Positions 32,601 through 44,857 of a stretch of 64,000 bases of DNA are shown piece after piece (position 1 is the stretch's first letter; each line of letters starts with the position of its first letter). The notes beneath the pieces are model-generated. The model was not told the DNA's origin. It did no database searches and worked only from the letters and a program-made list of their open reading frames with translations. The stretch is from Amphiscolops sp. MND2022 (lineage: Eukaryota): contig OZ076409.1 in assembly GCA_964187785.1 (NCBI GenBank), positions 2,046,001-2,110,000 on the forward strand, in the 5' to 3' direction. The position numbers were made by a program, and so were the translations under genes.

Positions 32601-33585
32601 AAACTAACTGGCAACGAAAGGCTCCACAGTACGTGTCTCCAATTCGGACGCCACTGCCTCGCCGAACAATGCAGCTTGCTGAGAGGTGTACAAATCAGCA
32701 CCAACAGCCGCCTCTTCATCGTCACCACTCTCAACTCGCAAAGTTTGAGACTGTGCAACTGTTGATAACGTCACAGTCCGACGCCGCTTGCCAGAAGCAC
32801 CAGAGGGTTTAGACGACGACCCTACAAAAACACGAAATCTTTACCTAATAGCCTGAAACACACACCAACCTACGACAGACTTAGATGATCAATAATGCCA
32901 AATTCAAAAAAAAGAGAGAAAGAGGAAAGGGCAAATGGAAATAACAACTAGAAAAAGAAAAGAGAAAGGAATACCCACCCTGAACATTCTCCCGAGAAGA
33001 CTCCAGTTTGCTAAATGTCTCGGCGAAATCAGGAAGAAACCGGGTGAATCGCGGAGAGGTCGTTGCACTCACAACCTTCTCTGTTGCTTGCTTCCTTTTT
33101 TCCCCGGGGGGGCCAGCCTCCTCACCTTCGCGAGCAGAACCAACAGGATGCCCACTCAAAGTTCCCAAGAGCGCAGAAAGTGGAACATCTAATTCCTCCT
33201 GAGAAGAAGGGAGATCAGGGACACCAAGAGACGACGCTACAGCAGCGTCACCAGAGATTCCGGGTCCAGTGGCACCAGAAACAGTCGGAGGAGCGTCAGG
33301 TGGTTCACCAACTACAGTAGATGGCCCTGGGCCAGACACTAAAACATATTCCCATCACCGTCGCGACAAGAAAATCTAAGCTGTGGAAATACACAATGCA
33401 AAAAGGCCAATTTGCAAAAGTATAATTCACAAAAGCTTAAAGGAACAGGGAATGGTGAACTTACCAGCAACAGGAGGGACAGCCGAACGATCGGCGTCAC
33501 TTTCTTGGACGTCTCCCTCAGAGAACAGATACTGAGTATCATTGCCGCTTTGCACCCCGGAGTCGATCCGACGAGACGAAGCCAT
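29615..33585 (-). CDS. Antisense 7-exon gene, ~1050 aa, degenerate hAT-transposase-like protein with BED-type Zn finger
   Basis: Coding exons 33585-33465, 33338-32979, 32821-32633, 32471-31879, 31732-31112, 30953-30872 and 30801-29615. All six introns are GT-AG with matching phases (1,1,1,0,0,1). Total 3153 nt with no internal stop. Zn finger AFFCTLCQRDVSIATKGVRELTRHFSSDKH. Confidence 0.8.
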
Positions 33586-33635
33586 TTCAAAGCAAGAAAT
33601 CTGAAACAAAGCATGAAATGAAGACAACAATCAAA

Positions 33636-34000
33636 AAATGAAGTCATCATAACGGTGACAAAACCTAAAAGTTGGTTAATCACCAACGAAGCTGACGCCG
33701 GCATAACGTCGGCACTATAGATCGATTGAAATATCGACGAAAATGACGTCGGCATAACGTCGAAAAAAAGGTTATGAGGGTTGAAAAATTAATCCTATAA
33801 TTTACAATGACGTCATCATAACGGTGACAAAACAAAAAGTTAGCTAAGCTAACGAAATTGACGTCAGCATAACGTTGACAAACTTGGCCAAGCGGATTAA
33901 TTCAATTCGCAGCCAATAAAAAACGACGCTGGCACAGCGTCAACACCTGAAGATTAAAAAGGATTAAAACGATTGTTTAACCAATCAGAATGGAGGGATT
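33636..34000. promoter_or_regulatory. Putative internal bidirectional promoter
   Basis: TGACGTCA at 33808 and 33859, TGACGTC at 33744, CCAAT at 33913 and 33981. A ~78-bp imperfect duplication lies here, between two divergent ORFs. Confidence 0.5.
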
Positions 34001-34098
34001 TATCCCAATATTCTCCTTAATCCTAATTAATCCCAAATTCATTGTGGAACAATTAAATACAAGCGACAGCTGCAAAAGAAAGAAACCTCACAAAGAAG

Positions 34099-34797
34099 AT
34101 GAATAGTCTACTGGATATTTACGAATTGATCGACATCTCGTCGTCAAGTGAAGAAGAGGGTGAGATCACGAGGGCTTCTACACCGCTACCTAGAGTCAAC
34201 AAAGAATACCCTAGAATAATTGTTGAAATAATGAATTCGTCTGCGGAAGCTACCGCAGATGAGGAAGAATTCCTCGACCTCTCTCTGGACTCTCTGGAAG
34301 CTGAATGCAAAAGGATGAAACTCAGCACGAGCTTCGAAACTGTGGAATCAGGTCAATACCCACAATCGGAAAGTCCCGAAGAAGAAGTAATGGCCGACTC
34401 TCCAGAGAGCCCTGACGAAAGCTTGTCATCTGATATATTTGTTGTTGGACCCTCGGCAGACGATAAAGAATCGACAACGAGCAGTAAAGTAGCAGAATAT
34501 CTCGAAAAAGTGCACCAGGAAGACGCCTCTTCTTACTTCAACACCCCGCCGGGAACGCCAAGGATGATAAACTTCTTGCAGCCAAGTCCTTTGAACGATT
34601 TGGAGAAGAGAGTACAGCCAGTCACCACTACTCTGACAATTGCCTCGCAACTCAGAGCCCCGGGCAAAGTCAATCTTCCTACAGGAGCGGCCCTGTCACA
34701 GCCCGCTCCCGGTCTGGCTTGTGGTTGCAGACGACTGAAGATCGGGAGAGGTCACGGAGGCAATCTGAGATTCCCCAGATCTTACTTCAACTGGTAA
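34099..34797 (+). CDS. 232-aa acidic Ser-rich accessory ORF extending 104 nt into the 3' LTR
   Basis: ATG in AAGATG context and an open frame with D/E/S-rich composition. No family recognised. Confidence 0.55.
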   Translation: MNSLLDIYELIDISSSSEEEGEITRASTPLPRVNKEYPRIIVEIMNSSAEATADEEEFLDLSLDSLEAECKRMKLSTSFETVESGQYPQSESPEEEVMADSPESPDESLSSDIFVVGPSADDKESTTSSKVAEYLEKVHQEDASSYFNTPPGTPRMINFLQPSPLNDLEKRVQPVTTTLTIASQLRAPGKVNLPTGAALSQPAPGLACGCRRLKIGRGHGGNLRFPRSYFNW

Positions 34798-37206
34798 CTT
34801 TAAAACCTTACCCTTAGAATAAACTGTGACTAAGAACACGAAAACAAACGTCCAACTCACGAAAAGTTTAAACAAAAATGAGAACTGAAATCAAAATTGA
34901 AATAAGATGATTTCACGCACATCCGGTAGGACGTCCTTAGTGCGTCAAAATAGAAACATTCGCCACCTGAAAATTAAATTAAAACTCGCAGTGAAATAAA
35001 GACCATAGACCGATCTAAAAAGAAATATACCCAAAACCACCGTTGAAAAAAGGACATTATCTGAATCTAAAATAGAAACTACATTGAGATGACACATTGA
35101 GTTATTCACTCCTTTTCTAAGAAAGGCAGCTTAATTGCACTTTGAACAGCAATTAGTGCGGATTAGGACGTCGGTACTGCGCTAAGTAAACAAAATAAAG
35201 GATACATGTATATTAGATGTCGGTAAGAAGCAGACTTGAAAGTATATAGCGTGACGTCACCGTTTCGTCCACGCTCACTAGAGAACCATTCCAATTTACC
35301 GCCTATATTAGAGACACTACTTGAAATCATTCCAATTTTCCGCCATAGTGACGTCACGGTATTGCCTTTCTCGGCGAGGACTAATTCTACTTCAAATTTA
35401 CGTCCGCGTTACGTCCACTATGTTGGACCAGGCCTAATACTAATACGTACGTCCACGGTACGTCCAAATTCCATCAAGACGAGTTGTTTTAATCCACCCA
35501 GAAGTTATGATGAATATCAATCAAATTAAATTAGTGCTAGGAATGCGTTTAAAGTATTTGGTGTTCCAACAAAATAATTAAAAGGGAATTTGAAGTCCTA
35601 TGCCACGTTTTCGTCAAATATTTCCTTTGCCGGATAAATTTTACTCCAAAATTTAAGTTGAAATGGAAGTCCCAGTATAATGTAGGTGAAAGTCACAGTT
35701 TATGGGCATGACGAAAGTAAATCGATGATATTTTCATATTGGAAATATATTTTCATACATTTGTACTTTTGTACTGCATAAAGTGCGTGCTACAACCTTG
35801 TTGTTTAATTGGACGTCGGTACGTCGTCACCCCCTAATCAGAATGTGCATTATTTTAACCCTAATGTGCATGAATTAAGAGTAAATGTTTGTGTTACATT
35901 TTTGCGTTCTGTAGTGAATGGAATCTGGTGTTAGAAGGTTTTGAACTCTTGCTTGTTCAGAGATTCCATGAAGTGCCGTCCTCATACCGTCAGATGTTTT
36001 TGTTCAAGATTACTATTTCATGTACAAGTTAAAATCTGTTGACAGAGTATTATGCATATTTACCAAATAAGCGCTAAAATGATATTAGACGCTATTTGTA
36101 AGTGAAGTATTAATAAATTTGGACAAAAGTCTGAATTAGACAACCTAGTCCATCAATCCACCAAACGTCAATGTGTCGTTGCTTTATTTTGTTAATCGTT
36201 AATCATTTAATTTGAAACTAATTTGAGATTGTTGCTAATTCTTTGAGCTTGTTTCTCCTTCCTCTTTAGCATCATTGGAAATTATAGGGCTGAAAACATT
36301 AGTCATAGCATTTTTCTCGAACAAAATATCAAAATTCAGGCATTAGTTGTTCATGCCGGTGTCATCTCAGCGTCAATTTCCCGCGAACCAAAGCAGTAAA
36401 ACAGGGAATCATTTCCGGTTTGACAGACTGAAGTAATATCTACTTCCTGCTTGGGAGGAAACAAAAGGACGCCGAGCTGAAATAATATGATTACGGTTGA
36501 TGACTAATGCTAGATTAGGTTTGCCGTGTCTTAAAATTTGACGGAATGTCAGCGCAAATTTGGGAACTTCGTGATTTTTTCATCGATAAAACAGGAAATG
36601 ACTAATTGTTCGAAGGAAATTAGGGATTATGATCGTGATCAAATGATGCTAGGAGGGTATAAATATGATAGGATTTGATGATTGAGGGACTCAGTCCTTA
36701 GTAATTGTACAATTCAGTCGAATTCTCAATTTCACTCTCACCTTATTCTACTTTTGTCAGAAAATATTTGAAAGAAATTCAATTCTTCAAATCCAAACTT
36801 TTCTACAAAATGTCTACAACAAGAAGCCAAAAAAGAAGAAATGATCAGCAAAGCACCAGTGAGAACGTAAGTGAAGGCTTGATTTCACCTATAGTGGTAG
36901 GAAATCCTTGTCCTTTGAACCAGGACGATGAGGTAGCGGGGCCTTCCAATCCAAAATCCCCCCGGATTGAGAATAGTCTCTTAGAAAGTTTGAGAGCCTC
37001 TTTGAAGGAAGAAATAACATCGGAAATTAAGAATCTTCTTATCGAATCCCAGAAGGAGATGTTAAAACTCTTGAAACCTGAAACAAGGGGAATCATTAGG
37101 GAAAATACCGAGGAAGAAGTAGAAGAGGAGACTAGAAACTTTTATACTCCCACAAAATCAGTGAGAATAAGTTCTACTCAAAACGACCCCATAATATGTC
37201 GTAACA
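34694..37206 (+). repeat. 3' LTR of element B (2513 bp)
   Basis: Copy of 20932-23444, followed by the TSD GACAC. Confidence 0.97.
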
Positions 37207-37490
37207 GACACTCAGTTCATTTTTGGCAAATCTGCTACGTATCAAAAAATCTTTGAATCGATCCGACGGACTGAATCAATATGCATTACCCAATTTAACG
37301 TCTTTGAATTATTCGTGAAATAAATTAATCTATTTGTCCCAATGATGCCTGACTGGCTAATGCCTGTCATAGCATGATTTACACGTTAGACCACAGCAGG
37401 CCAGTTGCCGTACCCAGAATTATACTTTTAGAATGAATTTTTTTGTTATGTTTGAAAGTTTAATAAATTTCATTCAAAGTCAAAAAATTT
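37207..37490 (+). mobile_element. Probable continuation and 3' end of the LINE relic
   Basis: Rejoining the flanks gives gtgtttttttgacactcagttcattttt, resembling the LG(V)..D..L.F motif. An AATAAA and an A-rich end occur at ~37462-37487. Confidence 0.4.
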
Positions 37491-37952
37491 TGTTAACATG
37501 TTTGTGATAATAAGTTTTGACAGCAAGCTATACTAACAGGCAGAAAGGAAACGCGTTCAAATGCCTACTTGCTCAGTAAAACTAGCATAGCCGTCCGCTT
37601 CTCGTTAGCCAATCAGGGCCTTACATTTACTCACCGCTTTGTTTGCAGTTTGTATAGTATACTCGCAAGTAGCCGGAATGGACGCGGATTGTAGCTACTG
37701 CGATGCTGGTTGTCAAAAGCAAAAAGTACTGATGCTATTTGTTTTGAAGTAAGTCATACTTTATATAACTGTTTGTACAACAAATCATGATTAGTATTAC
37801 CACGCTCTTGTTGCTATAACCCGAAAAGTCCCAATTTAGGCCATTTAGGCCAATCATGACATGAAGTAACATGTACCGTAAGTCTCACCTTATATTGGGC
37901 TAGCCTTATCACCACGCCCCCGTGTTTTCCTAAGGATGATGTCCCGCTTTGA

Positions 37953-40900
37953 TGTTACCGCGTTTGTGAATTTTAGGTGGCCTGAATATGGCTCATGATG
38001 GTATTTATAGGTATGACGTTTTCAATTTACAGCTCGGAAGTTGTTACGGAATTGTGACTCTCCATTTATTTGGGTGTCATGTCCAATTGGGTATTTAGAC
38101 CCACGACGGCCACTTAAAGACAGGCATGACTCAAAATTGGAAAGCTAGATGACCTCAACGAACCTCCAAGTGAGGAGATCGAGAAAAGGATTCAAGTTGA
38201 ACGACACTGAATTTTACATACTGACGGGCCAGAGGACCAACTGGTCTGGCACGACCAACTCGCGGGTGTCATTTTTCTTGCTGAGCTGGAATTCCGAGCT
38301 GCGCAGGAGGATTCGGCCAACAATCAATCTGATTCTACTTAAAGCACAGCTGAGCAATTATTTTTTAATAACATAACCAACGTCAGCGCCGCGGAATATT
38401 TTTGGAATTGATTTTTGATCTAACTAAAACTTCCGGTCTGACATTTTGTTCGTGATCATTTTACATTCGGTAAATCTTCTGAAATTCATATACTGATCTG
38501 ATTAACAAAACAAAAAAAACCCGCAACAGAAAATTTTGTTATTCTTTGCCACCGTGGAAGGAAAAATAAAGGTTAAAAATTAACTCCGTAACCCCAACAG
38601 AATTCATACAATCTAAAATGAAACAAACATAAAGGACAGCACAGTGGGTTGTTCTTCAGCGTTAAATTAGTTGTCAAAAGTCACCTAAAGTACACTCAAG
38701 TAAGTTAAGAGAATATTTAAAACGTTCTGACAGCGTCAATCAGCGGAACTAGTCTCTGGGATTTCTGTTTTACGGCCCAAGAACGTCGTCCATCGGTTGA
38801 GTTATTTGCGCTCAGTATAGTGAGAGTTATTCTCTTATGACATCATTAGCTGAGAGAATAAGAATGGACGCCTAAGCTCTCCACATGCTCTCCGTTTACC
38901 GCTGTTCTAATCTTAATACAGACGGAGCATTACGGAGCAGATTGTAAAAATGTATTATATACCAGATGAGGTGTCGGCTAATTCTACAAGAAATTTCTTT
39001 GAAGGTCTCAACTCTAGGAAATCGTTAAAAATAGATTTTGTTGTTAAAAATTTTTGTTTGTCAAAGACTGTACTGTAATCGAGAGATGGAAAATTGTGCT
39101 AATGATCTTGAAAGTATTTCATGTTTGTTATGTGGTTTCGCTGTATAGCCGAAGTTTGTACCATTTTTTTAAGGGACTGTGTCCGTCAAAGTCACGTTGT
39201 TTTGTGTTAAGCCTGTGATATTTTTGTGTGAATCATTTGCTAGTACCAACTCATCAATATCTTATTGTTTGTGCTTTTAAATGTTATAGTTTACAATGTA
39301 ATTAATGTTTGCCCGAATATTCGTATTTTGTTGTTCTAGCATCATTTGTTCCTTCCAATTTCATACTTCGCAAAATTTCCAGCCTAAAATATTCTTTCCG
39401 TTTCAGCCGCGTCGCCATTTTCGCGTGTCATACTTTTGTCTTGAACTTCAAAGTCCGCAACTTGGAAATTGACTAGTGGCTCCGTTGATGGTAATATTGA
39501 ACGGACTTTTACTTTGCCGCCTTTTCAAGACTAAACAGAAAATGCGCTAGCAAGAAAAAAATGATTTCAACAATAGTTACGGAGAACTCACGGGACTAGA
39601 ATTATCGATACCTGATTTTCGAATGATTATTACGCAAGAATGATATGATTTGGAATATTAGGGATTTTGATTCAACAAACCTGATTTTTATGATACCTAA
39701 GAATTTTTAAGAGTGAGGAACGAACGATGCTGAGAAAGTGTATATGCCGGGTTTTAGAATTAGTCAGTCAATTGTTATCTTGTTCTAAACTTCCGGTACT
39801 AAAACGTATGAGTGAAAAATCAGTTTCGTTGAACCATCCACCCAATTCCAAAACTGTTTCCTTCTTCAACATAAAAAAGACAACTCAAAGTCAGAAAAAA
39901 GCTAGAGAAGAGCTAATATCAGGAGGATTTGAAGCCTCATCAGCTGAGAATATTCAAAATGAGAACTACCTAACTGGTCCAAGTAAATCTCCAAAAACTC
40001 AATCTAAGGAAATTGACGAGATTAGCCGTCCCTGAGAAAGAAGATCATGTGTGATCTAACTAAAATCTTAGCTGAGAATCAAAAGGGATATTAAAGTTGA
40101 TAGCTCCTGCGGTCAAAAACCAGTAACACTTTAAAATCTAGACTCTGATTTTGAATCTGAAAACATCTTTCTCAACACATCTACTCCAATAAAAGCAAAA
40201 GCAACTATTTCTAGAACTACACCGGTAAATAGTCGTAACGCGGTAACAGAAGTCCTCATTGATTCCAGAAATCAACCCACCAAAAAACCCAAACAACGTT
40301 CGCAGAAGTAACACTCCAAAGAACGTCCTCAACACTCTTGTTTGCACGGCAACCGCAAACATTTCAATCGTCCAACATGCTCCCAGGGCTGAAATTCCTA
40401 ACGACATCACCACCCGTCTTTGATAAGTAAGTCCGAAAAATGTGAACTTTTTGAGAACTTAGAAACAACATAAAAATGTATCCTCACCTAACAGAGAACC
40501 AAAAGGAATTACTTCCACTCTCTCTTAAGAGGAAACGCACTGTAAAATCAAAGACGCCTAAAAAGACATTCTAAACAAGATATTTACGTTGTTCAAACGT
40601 CGATTCGAAGATTTTCAGTCTTCAGCCAGTGGGACGCTCTGCAGTTTGACCCCACAAAACAAAAATAACACGACTTTCCGGACATTCTCCAAAAAACTGC
40701 CCAAATATCATCGACGAGGCAATCTACGCAAAAAGGCCGGATCACGTCAAAAAGGTCCTTAATAGAGCAAACCTCGAAAGACAAGCCGTAAAACGACATT
40801 GTCTTACACTTGGAAAGGAAAATGTGTCTCGACGGACTAGGAGCGCCGGACGAAACCGCTTCAGTACCACTAACCAGTGTCGACGTGGAACGCACGGAAC

Positions 40901-43900
40901 AAAAGAAGGAACCCAATCACCGAGGCTACTGTTTTCACTGTGGCAGATATGGCTACTACAAATCCCTATAACGTAAGCTGATCGATAATAATATTGTAGC
41001 AAAAAATCGATAAAACGAAACTAAAGTGGAAAATGGGGAAACAAACTCGGCAGATCCGCCAAAGCTAAAATGCGACACTTGTTGGGAAATGCACAAAACC
41101 GAAAACTGCTGGGACAGAGCAAACGCGGCAAAAGACCCTAGGAAAAAGAAGAGAGAGTTTGCCATCCCGACCAACAAAATAGGCAAACACTCACTCCCAA
41201 AAAAAGTAGAAGCGAGGGCGTACACAATGGGAGCTTCCGCAAACCGTTATGAAGAAGACGCGACTACAGAAAGCAACGAGGAACCAACGCAAGACTGGCA
41301 AAGACGCTGGAACGTTGGCATGATTCTGCGCCATAACGCACGACACCAGGACGATCCGATACCACTCCATATTTGGGTAACAATCTTCCGACACTTACGC
41401 CAACTCGAAGCGCCCTCTGCTAGAGACAAAAACTAACAGAATGTATGTCTATGACATGGACTTTCGCTTTGACCCAAGGGATGAACCGGACATTTATGAC
41501 ACAATTCATTGCCCTTCAAAACCCATGAGCAAAACCCACCGAAAACAGACGCCGACAACACATTTACCCGAGCAGCATCATCAGCAGTCCTGAAGAAGAC
41601 CCCATCCACGCCGCTAGCGCCCCTAACAATAACGTCCTCACGATTAGACGCAGACGATATCATTAGGCTTGAAGACAAACTGCTCTGGTCACTAAAATCA
41701 AAGAAACAAATGGTGAACACCCTTTCTCCTCCACCACGACCACAAACTGTTCCTGTTACGCAAATCCTCACCAAACGCTAGGACACGACGAACTGTCCAG
41801 CGCCCCTACACCAAGATATCTAGACGTTATCAAAGAGTTCATCCAATATGATGAAGACGACAACGATTACCTTCCGTTGATGTCTGCAATAACTCTTTAA
41901 AAGAAAAAAGAAAACTCTTCCTACCCATTGAATTCAGCGAAGTCAAAATAGAAGTGTTAGTAGACTCAGGTAGGTACATAAATGCTATGAGTGAAAGGTA
42001 TGCAGAAGAAATCAGGCATGAAGCAAATCAGTGCATCATCAACAAAGCGCCCCTTCTAAAGTCCAATATGCTAACTTAGAATTAGAACAACCTCTCGCAA
42101 CGGACACAATGCGATGCAAAATTGGGGAATTCACCTTTGAGGAAACATTCATTATAATGACTCAAACATCGTTCCCCATAATCGGCTTGGCGTTCCTACG
42201 AAACCACACCGCAATCGTCGACACTGCCCAAGATACAAATCACGATGGCACTGACAGATGAAATGCAAAAATTGCAACTCAAAGCCTATCACCATCAAAA
42301 CGGAGAGCAAACATACCATCCCTGTACAATCTACTCAAGTCATACACGCGTCAATATCTGTGAGCAATGACCACCCAATAACTAGGACAGTACAACCTCT
42401 GCCACAGTTCGAAGAAGGTGCAACACTCATCGTAGCTCCGGCAATAACGACAGCAAAAGACACGCGGTAACCATTGAAATCATAAGTACCACGAATTTCC
42501 CCTATACAAAAACCCCAAACAGAAAACCGGCCGAATTGCAAATACTGAAACCCGAAAAAAAACGAAATCGACCCGTCCAATAGACATAGCAGCACTAAAC
42601 CTATCCACAGATCACGACGACGTGGTCACGTACATCAACGAGGTCATGCAAGTAGAGCAACCAGATGACAATTAGGACAAATTCTGGTTATCAACTCCAG
42701 AAACACCTGGCAACGAAAAAGAACAATGTCCAATACAAAAACGATTTCTCAAAACCTTACGAGAACTAGCCGAACTTTAAAAGCTTGATCCCAAAGAAAA
42801 TGAAGAATCGCCAACAAAATTCTTTTCAATGTTCAAATGGACTGACTCACTAATTTCCGGAAAGGACCGTGAAAACCTAGAATCTACAATTGTTGAATTC
42901 AAACATTTTCGCAAGACACAGACTTGACATAGGCATGCACACACTTTTCAAGGTCAGCCTAACCACAAAGGATGACAAACCTGTATACACTCAGAGTCTA
43001 CCAATGCCTATAAATCTCAAAGAAGACCTGACGGTAGAGCTGGCCTTAATGCACTGCTACTGAAAGATAACGACACTACTTTTCTCCAAACATGAAAGTC
43101 CCATCTTCGCACAACGGAAACCAAACAGCAAGCTGCCACTACTGGTGGATTTGCGCAACATCAACGCAATCATTGCAAACAACTACATCAAGAACAATTA
43201 TTCTTTCAGCACCAGCTCAGATGCAGCACAACACAGCTGGCAAAAAACTGTTCTGCAAACTAGACTACTCTCAAGCTTACTACTGCTTAGAGATGGCACG
43301 TCAAAGGTCAGTAGAACTACTTGCTTTTAATTTTGCTAGCAGGGCGTATGTCTATCGCAGACTTGCCCAAGGGCACACCAGGGCTTTGTCTGCATTCTCG
43401 AGTTTCATAAGAGAGTTTTTGGACACAGTCATTGAAGCAGATCAGTGTGTCCAATACCTAGATGGCATTGGAATTTCCGCAAATACAACAGAACAACTAA
43501 TTAAAAACATTCGAGCAGTCTTCAAATTCATCCGAGAAGCAGGCTTGAAACTGGCGATATGATCTCGATAGTTTTTTTTAAGTTTGTGATGTGGTTTCGC
43601 GGTATAGCCGAAATAATTTCGACGTAATTATTCTTGTGTTCATTTCTGAAGCAAGCTCCCAAATTTGAAGTTTGTATCATTTTTCTAACGGACTGCGTCC
43701 GTCAAAGTCATGTTGTGTTTGTGTTAAGCATGTAGTTTTTTCTGTGTGAATCATGAAATTTGCTAATACCAATTCATCAATATCTTATGGTTTGTGCATT
43801 TAAATGGTATAGTTTACAATATCAACTGTGTTTGCCCTAATAATAGATTGTGTTATTCTAGCATCATTTGACCCTTCCAATTTCATACTTCGAACAATTC

Positions 43901-43990
43901 CAAGCCTGAAATATTTGTTCCCTTTCAGCCGCGTCGCTGTTTTTGCGTGTCATACTTTTGTCTTGAACTTCAAATTCCTCAGCTTGGAAT
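37953..43990 (+). mobile_element. Decayed Gypsy element C, related to element B, internally deleted
   Basis: The LTR end/PBS remnant gtcgtaacg|cggtaacagaagtcct (40240) parallels element B. Broken gag, PR and RT run to 43558, then 43559-43990 repeats ~39102-39470. The 5' boundary (tgttac at 37953) is tentative. Confidence 0.85.
39860..43558 (+). pseudogene. gag-pol remnants of element C
   Basis: CDTCWEMHKTENCW, VDSG, AGKKLFCKLDYSQAY and QYLDG remnants with many stops and frameshifts. Confidence 0.9.
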
Positions 43991-44857
43991 TTCGGCACTA
44001 TTCGTCGCTTTCTGAAAAGTCTTTTTCGCTTTTTGAGCCTTAGATTTTGCGCCGAATTTAGACGTTACCGATTGTCAGCATTTATAAAAGCGTTTGCGGA
44101 ACTCTAAATCCATAATTCCATGATGCGCTAACTCAAAAGATGGGAAACTTGAAAAACTTTCCCATTTTTTCTCAAATTCTTCTGAGATAATTTTTCTTTC
44201 GAAAAATTGCATCTTGTACGGTAGATTGAGAACTACCAGACGATGAGACAGCAGTCTCTCTCTGTTTTATTAATACATACGGTCAATGAAATATTAAACT
44301 TTTGTCGAAATTGCCCAAATAAGTAGATTCCATATCTTTACAAATTCCATAAGGAACAAATCTTCAAAACATTTTTGCTGAACTTTTCTGATGTGGAGGT
44401 ACTATCAATACCAAAATATTTAAAAACAGAATTCTAAACTTCAATTTGGGCAAAACGTTTAAAAGCAAATGAAGTAAATCAACAAAAATGAGAATTTTTG
44501 TGGGTACGTGTATTTCTCATCAAACCATGACAGGTTCAAATCCACTTTTTCAGAAACTATTGCAATACTATTGAAAACTTGGGCCATAAAAGAGCCAAGA
44601 GTTCTTTTTTTCTTTTGAAAATGTAACCAATGAGTGAGGGGATTCAAAAATTTCCAAGTTTTCTATTTAAATAGGATGAGTCATTGATGACAAAAAGTTT
44701 TATGAATTCGAAATTAAAACGAAGTGAGTTTACTTGCAATGCTTTGTTTTCCCGCCAAAATTTGATGTAATTAGGCAATTGAAAACTTAGGATTCACATG
44801 AAAACTCAGAACCATTGGATATCTCTTGCTTTAACTTTTTGTGAGTCATATCCGAAA

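Larger units (their letters stand above)
20932..37206 (+). mobile_element. Full-length 16.3 kb Gypsy/Ty3 LTR retrotransposon (element B)
   Basis: TG...CA LTRs; 5-bp TSD GACAC (20927-20931 and 37207-37211); gag followed by PR-RT-RH-IN order. Confidence 0.98.

Noticed and set aside
32845..32852. Possible 8-nt micro-exon in the antisense gene
   Set aside because: It would need a 23-nt intron and would break the frame. The direct 32979-to-32821 splice is in phase.
29615..33600. Independent nested hAT transposon, or an env gene
   Set aside because: No TIRs or 8-bp TSD were seen, the catalytic motifs are altered, and there are no env hallmarks. Very old nesting cannot be fully excluded.
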